DNA of 64,000 nucleotides, taken from Stegostoma tigrinum. Its lineage: Eukaryota. The notes beneath the pieces are model-generated. The model saw only the letters and a list, made by a program, of their open reading frames with translations. It was not told the origin of the DNA and ran no database searches. How positions within the stretch are numbered: position 1 is the stretch's first letter; every line of letters begins with the position of its first letter. The position numbers and the translations under genes are program-made. The stretch lies in NCBI RefSeq assembly GCF_030684315.1, contig NC_081365.1, positions 47,849,205 to 47,913,204 on the forward strand. Reading direction: 5' to 3'. Below, piece by piece: positions 54,301 to 63,065 of this stretch.

Positions 54301-57300
54301 TGTGATGAACCTCTGATTCACTGCTCAGATATATTCTTTCCTTATTGCAAATGAGATATTTCACCTTCTAAATAATAAATCATTGCATTTAGGCTGGAAT
54401 CAAGGTATTACCTTTCATACAGCTTTCATTGGAAACAGACAACATATGCAACTTTCAAGACTTATAACAGTTCAAACCTAGCAATTTATAGCATTTCAAG
54501 GCAAAAGTAAGATAGGCATAAGAAGATTACCTAATTCAAACAGGAAGCAACTTTCATGCAATTTTACAATGTCCAAATGAGATAATGGATATGTGGGATA
54601 AAGAAATTAAGAATTTCAGGTCAATTATTGCAATTATAAAGAAATTGAATCAATTAAATGTTGAAAGAGTTAAAGAGACAGTAATACATCTATTCAATTC
54701 ACATTGAGAAAAGAGAGTGATCTTGGCTGTTGAATGAGAAATTCCTGACTGAAGTAGACACGTGTGGACTTTGGAAGGAGATGGTTTGCAGTATGGACCA
54801 CCATTTTTGATTCCAAGGTTTTTCATTTGTTATCTGTATTAGTCTTACCATGTACAATCAGGCAGGTCTTCCCAATCTTATTGCCATCTAGGAATGTAGT
54901 AAAAACACAATGATAACATCCTTCATCTTCAAACATTACTCCAGATACTACAAGGGTGGACATTTGCAGCTTTGATTGTACGAAAGTAGCTCTACCACCA
55001 AATGACTCAAGAATATGGGCTCCATTTTTTTCACTAAATGTAGCAATATTATCCTCAGATTGACCATGTAACTTTTGCCAAGTGACTTGTACAATGTCTT
55101 TAAAAGGTAAAGCGCAGCTGAAGGTAACGTTTCCACCTAAAGATGCTGTAACAGTCTCCTCCGTTTCCACATTCAGAGAAATTCCTGTGAATACAAGAAA
55201 ATTATAGTAAAACACATTAATATTTCCACACTATCTGCGGAGTTTCATCACCAATAAATTATTCATAGTTTGTTCAAATTATAGTGGACTAACCATTACT
55301 CAGTAATCTTCTGTTAGAGTCAGAAGATTGTAAATCAGATTCCTAAAGATTTGACTGCAAACTCTAGCATGATACTACCAATTCAGTGGAGAGAGAGTAC
55401 TGCATTACTGGACACTAGAAATTAATGCAAGCTCCCATCTGCCCTCAGGTAATACAAGAGATATCAGAGCACTATTTGTAAAAGATCAAAGAAGTTTCCC
55501 TATCTCCATTACAATATTGGCTTTTCAAATAATATAGAATCCCTACGGTGCACAAAGAGGTCATTCGGCCCATCAGGTTTGCGCCAACCCTTCAAAGAGC
55601 ATCCCACCCCATCCCTGTATTTACTATTCCTAACCCAACTTGTCTATACATTTCAAGACACCACTGGGCAATTTAGCATGGCCAATCCACCTAACATGCA
55701 TATCTTTGGACTGTGGAAGAAAACCAGAGCGCCCAGAGGAAACTCACTGGGAGGACATTGCAAACTCCAGATAGAAAGTCACCCAAGGCTGGAACTGAAA
55801 CCAAGTCCCTAGTGATGTGAGGTAGCAGTACTAGGCACTGAGTCACCATGCCACCTCCACAGTGCTGAAACAGATTATCTAACCATTATTGAATTACTGT
55901 TTCTAGGATATTTGTTTGCTTAAATTGACTGATGCAATTCCTATTTTACAAATAGTAAGTACGTTTAAATATACTTAACTGGCTGTGAAGCACTTGGGAA
56001 ATTCTGAAATACTGAATTAGTTTATATTAGTGACAATGTATATTAAAATTTTACTCAAATAAATAAATCTAAACAAACTCTGTTTCTTCAAACATTTTTA
56101 GATTCTGCTAAATCAGCTGCAAAATATTTGCTTTTTATTTACAAATTAGCTTGAAAAAATTGCACATGGTTGTTTGGATAATTCACTGTCATTCGCAATT
56201 AATGATGTTGGAAGTTGTTTAATTCATGCAAGCACAGTCCATATTCTGAGCTCAACTAGTTGTGCAGAAACCATGTAGAAGGTTTCTGATTCAAGTTAAC
56301 AACTTTGATTGATACCTTCACTGGACGTCCCCATGCACAAGCAGGCACAAATAAATCAGAAATAATGAGAATTGCAGAAGTTTTTGTGCTCCTGAGATGC
56401 CGCTTGGCCTGCTGTGTTCATCCAGCTTCACACTTTGTTATCAACAAATAAATCATAGTTCAAGTATTAACATCTTGTCCAGTTAGGATTACCTTCCAGC
56501 ACCATTGTTGCAGCAGCTCACTTGACACTCTGGCATTAGCAGAAACTGAACAGTTTGGGGTTCACTCCACATGCACAAAAGACTTACAGCAAAATTAACG
56601 CAATTTAGGAAGGAGTCTACCAGTAGCTGGCCTTGAAATTTCAGGTACAGTGGAATAGCTGGGTTGTTATTGCAACATAAATGTTTTACAAATTAAGGAA
56701 AGTAGGAAGAGCCAAATAGCGTCCTTAATAACATTGTCTATGTTCCCAGTGGTTCCATCACATGATCTCCCATTCCAAAAACCATGCCCAATCAAATGGC
56801 CCATTTTCCCTGTTGCAAATAATTTTGGAACTAGTACATCAATGGTCTCAGGACAGTTTGTTTTACATTTGCGATTAACAACCCATGCTTCCAACACTCA
56901 AAGTTTCTCTGAGCAATGTTATGCAATTATTTTTCATTTCCAGAAACTCTAGATCAATCCGGATTGGTGTTATGTTCTTTTTCTTACTGTAAATATCCAA
57001 ACTATATACAAACACGTTTTAATTTGATGATAATACTATATCGAAGTACATTTAACTTGAGAGTGTAAAGCATAGCTTATCTAATCTGTATTCCTGTGGC
57101 TTGCAGACTGATTACAAAATTATGTGACAAACATACCTTGTCTCAAGATTGTAGTGATTGACAGTAGTATATTATTAAACTGGAGAGGTTGCAGAGTATT
57201 TGAGTTATAAAAAGGTGCTTTTAATTTGGGACTTTTTTCACTGGAGCCCAGGAGATTGGTGCTGACCTAATAGGGGTTTGTAAAATCATGAGGGGCATAG

Positions 57301-60196
57301 ATAAGGTGAATAAGCCATTTCCTAAGAGTAGGGGATTTCAAAACTACAGGAAATAATTTTAAGGTGAGAGGGGAAAGATTTAATAGGGACCTGAGGAGCA
57401 ACTTTTTCACACAGAGGGCGATACATATGCAGAATAAATTGCAGAGGAAGTGGTAGATGCACTTTGAACATTTAAAGGCATTTGGCCAGGTACATGAATG
57501 GGAGAGGTTTAGAGAGATATGGGCCAAACACAGGAATATCTGACTAGTTTAGTTTGGGAAGCTTGGCCAGTATGAACAAATTAGACCAAAGAGTCTGTTT
57601 CTAGCTGTATGACTCTATAACTCTACAATCTTACATTTCAAGGAAACATATACCATTAGACCAGTCAGATCTCACACGACGGCAGGTTATAGCTCAGCAG
57701 CTTTATTTGAAATCACAAGCTTTTGGGGCTGTGGTCCTTCATCAGACAATCAGGTATTGAAGTGGAATTAGGACATTTGGCTCATTGAGTCTGCACAACA
57801 ATTCAATCATAGCTGATGTGTTTCTTAACCTCATTCTCCAACCCTCTCCTGAGTAACCCTTGATCTCCTTATTAATCAAGAACCTATCTATCTCTGTCTT
57901 GAAGGCACTCAATGACTTAGCCTCCACGGCTTTCTGTGGCAATATGTTCCAAAGATTCACAAGCCACTGGCTGAAGAAATTCCTTTTTATCTTTCACTGT
58001 GATGGTGTGCCCTCAGATCTTAGTCTCACCTATCAGTGAAAACATCTTTTCCACACGCACCCTGTCCAGGCCTCTCAGTAATTTGTCTCAATGAAATTCT
58101 GCCTCATCCTTCTGAACTCCTTCAAACACAGACCCAGAGTCCTCAAATGTTCTTCATATCACAAACCATTCATCTCAGGATCATTCTTTTGAACCTCCTC
58201 TCAACCTCTCCAAGGCCAGCACATCCATTTTTATATATGGGGCCCAAAATTACTCAGAATGTTCCAACTGCAGCCTTATACAGTCTCAGCAGTACACCCC
58301 TGCTTTTGCATTCTATCCTAAGTGCCTTTATGCTTCAGATTTCCGAAGTGCTTCTTCATTTAGAAAACAGTCTACATCTCTATTCCCACCAAAGCGCATG
58401 ATCTCACACATTTCTCACATTATATTCCAATGAATGTGTAATGTTCCAGAGTATTTCTTTCCATCTGAGCTTGTATCCTGAGATAGTAAGAACTACTGAT
58501 GCTGGAGTCTGAGATAACACGGTGTGGAGCTGGATGAACACAAGGGTCCCGACTCGAAACATCCACTTTCCTGCTTCTCTGATGCTGCCTGGCCGAATGT
58601 GTTCCTCCAGCTCCATGCTGTGTTATCCCAGTTGCATCCTGTTCTGTGAATAGAAAAAGCTGAAAGCATGGGATTTTTCAGTGTATAGGATAGGATCTTA
58701 AGGAATCTCTTCAAATTAACTTTCTTTTGGACACATATGCCAATAGATACATTTTTAAAATGTTTGATTTTTATAAAGTTTTGTAAGGAATCATGCACTA
58801 AGCTATAACCTCATTATAACATTCATATATCTTTCAAAGATAATTCACCATTGAGTTGTATACAGTTGATAGATTTGACACATGATTGAAAGTGTTTTTA
58901 AATGACATTATAAAGAACTTCCTAATGACAGTTGTTTCTGACATGTTGCATTTGATGATAGCCAAGCAAATGAGCAGGAGCCGTAAAATAATTCTCAAAA
59001 CAGACAGAAATGGCTCTCTGCATCATCTATTGCAAGGGTATAATTCAGTAAGGAGTGCTAATGGGACACCATCAGCATACAGCAACTCTCTGATTACCTC
59101 ACAGCAGACCAATCTTGCATCCTAGGTGAATATGGCTGGACAATTTTCTGTCATTCTGGTATCTATATAGACACTCTCTGCAGATGATGGCATATGACAA
59201 CAGAATAATATACTAAAGATCGTTGGCATCGGACCTTAGCTTTGTTTGACCCCATTTCAGATTTCAAAGGTTTCTGATATTATCCTGACTAAACTGGCCA
59301 TACTACTCACATTTTCATAAAATAACAGTGAGCAGCTTCAGCAGGCAAAACATTTTGTTCAGCAGCTTATATAGACCTCCTTTGCTCACATGGTCAAATA
59401 ATGACATGACAAGAGACGAACCAGGGATGGTCAAGAGAGTAGCATTAGCCTCTCTGAATGCGCTGTTTCTGAAAGAACATTTGCAGCCATGGACTTCTGT
59501 TCTGGTACGCTTCTGCACCGCAGGGTACAATGATTGTATTTACTGTATTCTGCAGCTGACTGGGAATCTTACTTGATTCTTCCCGCCTGCGACTGGCATG
59601 TGTTGTAAGCATTAACAAGCTAAAACTCAACCTGGTTGGAAAACTTATGGACACACCTTCCCTATCAATCAAGTAGGATTTGAACCTGAAGCTTCAGACT
59701 CCTAAGTAGGCAAATCACAGAATAAGACCTGTTTGAACACACAGTGTTCGTGCAATAGGAGTGTGGGCTTGGGCAAGAACAACCGCTAATACAGCGAAGG
59801 GATAGATTGCAATGTACTGCTCGTCCTACTCTAATGTTGAAATGCTTCACTTTAAAATAAGCTCAGGTCTTTATGACAATATCCATACGTACATTCTCCT
59901 AATTTTAATGTAACTATTCATCCTCATTATTGCAGCAATTTTTATTATCTGATTCATGTTAATTTATCAAATACTATCTTTTGTTTTTACTCTCTAGAAG
60001 CATTTGCTTCAACAGAACAAAGTTTTCTACATTTTTTTCTCAATAAGGTCTCATTCAATTACCAGAATCTGACTTTTTTAAGAGTTCGAAGATATAAAGT
60101 GTCGTTCTGAACTGTTTAAAAATATACATATCTGTTTAAAACAACAGTCTCACCGTCTACTGCAGTGACCAATAGCCCGAAGATAAAAAGTTTCAT
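48332..60196 (-). CDS. CD200 (OX-2)/nectin-receptor-family Ig superfamily type I membrane protein: leader-IgV-IgV-TM-ITIM tail, 5 exons, 294 aa
   Basis: Hand-spliced exons 60196-60154, 55184-54849, 52923-52588, 48593-48476 and 48383-48332 give a continuous 885-nt frame with GT-AG introns (phases 1,1,1,2). The IgV motifs VTWQK, ATFSE and EDEGCYHCVF..GKTCL resemble the CD200 V domain, including its extra F-G cysteine pair. Confidence 0.85.
48476..48593 (-). CDS. Exon 4, stalk + transmembrane segment (AHTSPNNTQHHTWIVLVLVAILIVILMSSQQCYKKRCQL)
   Basis: Strong acceptor cccttttacctctttgcag, donor AG|gtaagt. A hydrophobic run followed by KKR is in frame with exon 3. Confidence 0.88.
49225..49800 (-). 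mobile_element. CR1 RT fragment in intron 3
   Basis: GV..GS..GPLLF.IYIN.L...SKFA(E)DTK; RDLGV. Confidence 0.8.
50627..50677. repeat. 21-bp tandem repeat, about 2.4 copies
   Basis: ggatgagtgctgtctgaaggc / gaatgagcgctgtctgagggt / ggatgagc. Confidence 0.75.
50780..52390 (+). mobile_element. Degenerate CR1 ORF1 SGNH/GDSL-esterase remnants (at least two), one split by a SINE
   Basis: VIVGDTIMR at about 51676, VVHVGTN at about 50890, IYVGTND at about 51833, SGLLP at about 52278. Confidence 0.6.
51862..52171 (+). mobile_element. HE1-type V-SINE, full length, with a 25-nt internal inversion
   Basis: A-box tggctcaatgg, B-box ggttcgattcc, V domain, tail. Confidence 0.9.
52588..52923 (-). CDS. Exon 3, IgV domain 2 (tandem duplicate of exon 2)
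   Basis: Acceptor ttttttaattccacag, donor gtaaga, 336 nt, phase 1-1. Hand alignment gives 72/112 aa identical to IgV1. Confidence 0.93.
53516..53835 (-). mobile_element. HE1-type V-SINE
   Basis: Homologous to 3164-3456. Confidence 0.88.
54849..55184 (-). CDS. Exon 2, IgV domain 1
   Basis: Acceptor ttcttgtattcacag, donor gtaaga, 336 nt, phase 1-1. B-strand Cys, C-strand Trp and a DxGxYxC motif are present. Confidence 0.93.
55535..55856 (-). mobile_element. HE1-type V-SINE (older), inserted in a DeuSINE-like relic
   Basis: Homologous to 53516-53835. Confidence 0.8.
56359..56442. mobile_element. Deleted PLE family-A palindrome in intron 1, 12-bp TSD
   Basis: TSD acaaataaatca. Confidence 0.75.
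57175..58450. mobile_element. Two convergent CR1 3' fragments in intron 1 separated by a family-C arm
   Basis: Plus-strand CR1 tail at 57175-57630; minus-strand LWN.LPQKAVEA...FK.EIDRFL at 57745-58450. Confidence 0.75.
57662..57744 (-). mobile_element. Family-C arm with hammerhead-like core
   Basis: Minus strand CTGATGA-A-GGACCACAGCCCC-AAAAGCTT-GTG; homologous to 24410-24495. Confidence 0.6.
58479..58628. mobile_element. PLE family-A-like palindrome in intron 1
   Basis: Inverted arms gataacac.gtgtggagctgga / tccagctccatgctgtgttatc. Confidence 0.72.
59311..59353 (-). pseudogene. Possible disabled alternative leader exon MFCLLKLLTVIL*K
   Basis: 43 nt like the real leader exon, ATG with A at -3, hydrophobic, phase-1 gtgagt donor, in-frame TGA at codon 13, TATATAAG just upstream. 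Confidence 0.35.
60154..60196 (-). CDS. Exon 1, signal peptide MKLFIFGLLVTAVD(G)
   Basis: ATG at 60196, hydrophobic core, phase-1 donor G|gtgaga at 60153, in frame with the IgV1 exon. Confidence 0.8.
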
Positions 60197-60249
60197 CTGC
60201 GAATCTTCGCGCAGCTCCAGCGAGGAGCTTTCAGGGTGCAGCAACAACA

Positions 60250-60385
60250 AACATTAATAAACCTGGTCTTCGATGCCGGAGAGTCCCAAATTTGTTGAAA
60301 TCAATGACAAAGGCGGTCTTTCTGTTTCATATACTCTTATTTTTTGACGCTCCAGTAAGCCCGTCTGCTTTGGAGGAAATAACGC
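60250..60385 (-). promoter_or_regulatory. Proximal promoter of the CD200-like gene: TATA-like, NF-kB, ISRE/IRF and ETS motifs
   Basis: Minus strand TTTATTAAT (about 60253-60261), GGGACTCTCC (60278-60287) and GAAACAGAAA (60319-60328); GGAGGAAAT at about 60372-60380; local CpG enrichment. Confidence 0.55.
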
Positions 60386-61249
60386 CATCATGTGTCACAT
60401 TATTTCGTTCAAATTGCTGCAGATGGATTAAACGAAATAGTTTACGTCTTCAGGTAGGACAGCTCCTGAATCAGAAAAAAATTCTGCGTCCTTGTTAGAC
60501 CGCAAGTTCACCGAGAAAAAGCTAAGCAATTCAATAACATACTGAAAATAAACAGCTTTTGCCAGCCTCAGGCAGTTTCCATGGAGAGGAGTAGAGCCAG
60601 CGGAGAAATTGGCTGAGCTTGTGTCATGGGCCAAAGATGCTGGTTTCAATCTTCCCCCTATTTAATTAGGGATGTTTTGGCTTATCCAGGACTGAAATAC
60701 AGATAATATTTCCACTGAGTTGGAAACAGTGCAGGGGTTCAGAAGGTGGCGGTGAGGTACAGCCGGCTGCCACATCTGTGATAATGTTGTAATTTTGGGT
60801 GAACGTGGAAAAGTACAGCACAGGAACAGGTCTTTAGGCCCACAATGTTGTGCCAAGCATGACACCGAATTAAACTAATCTCTTCTGCCCGCTTTTAGTC
60901 CTTATCTATTCCTTAAATATTCATGTGTCTATCTAGAAGTCCTTTCAACATCCCGATGGTATTTGCATGATTGGCACATTGGTGAGAAACAGATGGAGAT
61001 AAAGGGTAATTTTTTGTTGAACAGCAGAGGAAATTGTGTGGGGAGGATGAAAGGTTTTATTAAACAAGAATATTAAGGGATTTGGACCCAAGGTAGGCAT
61101 CTGGAGTTGGGCCACAGATCAACCTCGATCTTATTGGATGGCAAGGGACTGAATGACTTACTTTTGTTCCTAAGAAAGACAAGCCTCTTCTGGATACCCT
61201 GGAAATGATTAGGTAGCCTCTGAGAATAAAACCAGGTGAGAGTAGTTCC

Positions 61250-61461
61250 AGAGATAATGGGAACTGCAGATGCTGGAGATTCCAAGATAATAAAATGTGA
61301 GGCTGGACGAACACAGCAGGCCAAGCAGCATCTCAGGAGCACAAAAGCTGACGTTTCGGGCCTAGACCCTTCATCAGAGAGCTAGGCCCGAAACGTCAGC
61401 TTTTGTGCTCCTGAGATGCTGCTTGGCCTGCTGTGTTTGTCCAGCCTCACATTTTATTATC
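61250..61461. mobile_element. Short palindromic PLE family-A derivative, 14-bp TSD
   Basis: Near-perfect inverted arms matching the terminal repeat of the 42.1-44.6 kb element; TSD tgagagtagttcca on both sides. Confidence 0.9.
61347..61380 (-). ncRNA. Minimal type I hammerhead ribozyme motif (family A), intact core
   Basis: CT-CTGATGA-A-GGGT(CTAG)GCCC-GAA-ACGT-C-AG: conserved CUGANGA and GAAA boxes, stem II, palindromic ACGU helix III, GUC cleavage triplet. Fits PLE-associated minimal hammerheads. Confidence 0.7.
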
Positions 61462-61934
61462 TGAGAGTAGTTCCATCTGGCTGCACAGCAATGCAAAGGC
61501 ATTAGAGGATTTGATCATCCACGTCAAGAATTTCAAGAAGGATCATACAAGTCTGAAGAGAGAGCTTAGATGATTTTACATTAGTTCAAATCAGTTGAAC
61601 TCAATTAAAAATCTTAACCACTTCAAACAAAACAGTCCAAATGTTACATATTCAACAAAGATGTGCAATCAGGCAACACAAAGACACAGGGTTAATGAAT
61701 TATATCCTATTTTCTTTGATATAATAATATTTAACAACTAAAAATCTACTTGTGTGACAAAGAAAAGAAGAAATGTTCTACTTGTCAGAAATCCATGCCA
61801 TCTTTCCAACTGGACCTAAAACTCCGCTCTTGGACATAAAATTTCTTCCTTCTTGAAGAGTAAACATCCCGTTGTTTGTAAACTGACAAAAGTCCCAAAC
61901 AAATTGTCCTAACCTTAAGTTTCCACATATACGG

Positions 61935-63065
61935 AAAGTCCCACAAAGAAAATTGTTAACTAAGGTGGATGCCCATGGAATTGAGACCGAATTACTCATG
62001 TGGCTGGGAAATCAGTTGAGTGGCAGGTGACAGAAAGTTAGGATTATGGGTAGGTACTCAAATTTGCAGGATGTGACAAGTGACGTCCAATGTGGATCCA
62101 TGTTAGGGCCTCAATTATTGACATTATTTATGAATGACTTGGGTCATGACAGAGAAAGCCATAATTCCAAATATGCTCATCACACAAAGTTAGGCAGCAT
62201 TTTGGCAGTGTAGATGATAGCATAAAATTACATAGGGATATTGACAGACAAAGTGAATGTGCAGAGCCATGGCAGATGGAGTCCAATAGAAGTAAATGTG
62301 ATGTTATCTGTTTTGGACTGAAAATGCATTAATCAGGATACTGTATAGAATGTAAATACAGTGAATGTCCATGGAAACTTTAGGGTTCAGCTGCACTGAT
62401 CTGTAAAGTCTCATGAACATGTGCAGGCAAGAAAACTAATGGAATGCTGACATTTATGTCTGGAGGACTGGATTACAAGGTTGCAGAAGTTATGCTGCAG
62501 TTTTACAAAACGCTGATCAGACACCACTTTGAGTGTTGTGAGTAGATTTGAGCACCATGCCTTGGGAAGGACATATTGGCCTTGGAAGGTGTGCAATATA
62601 GATTCATAAAAATGATACTTGACCTTCAAAGGTTATGAGGAGAGAAATATGGCCTATTTTCTCTTGAATTTAGAAGTTTGAGGGTGATCTGATTGCCGTC
62701 TTCAAGATATTAACAGGAAAAGACAGGATATATAAAGATAAATTATTTCCACGAGCTGAAGCATCTAGAGTTAGGGGGCATTGTCTAAGAGTTAGGTCCA
62801 GACCATTGAGGGGAGATGTTAGAAAGCACTTCTATACACAAAAGGGGATAGATGTTTGGAACTCCCTTTCTCAAATGAAAATGGGTGCTGGATCAATTGT
62901 TAATTTTAAATCTGAGATGGATGAACTTTATAAAGAAAGGGTATTATGGGATATGGACCATAGGCAGGTATATGGATTTAGGCCACAGATCATCCATGAT
63001 CTCACTCAATAGTGGGATAGGTTTGCAGAACTGCATAGCCTGCTACTGTTCCCATGTTCCTATAT
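61935..63065 (+). mobile_element. CR1 RT-to-3' fragment
   Basis: KVPH, GS.LGPQL..LF.NDL and RGDVRKHFYTQ...WNSL remnants. Confidence 0.8.

Noticed and set aside
907-61461. Recurrent palindromic repeats as a CRISPR array or classical DNA-transposon MITEs
   Set aside because: They are dispersed with no spacer periodicity, the arms match the Penelope terminal repeat, and TSDs are long and variable (12-15 bp).
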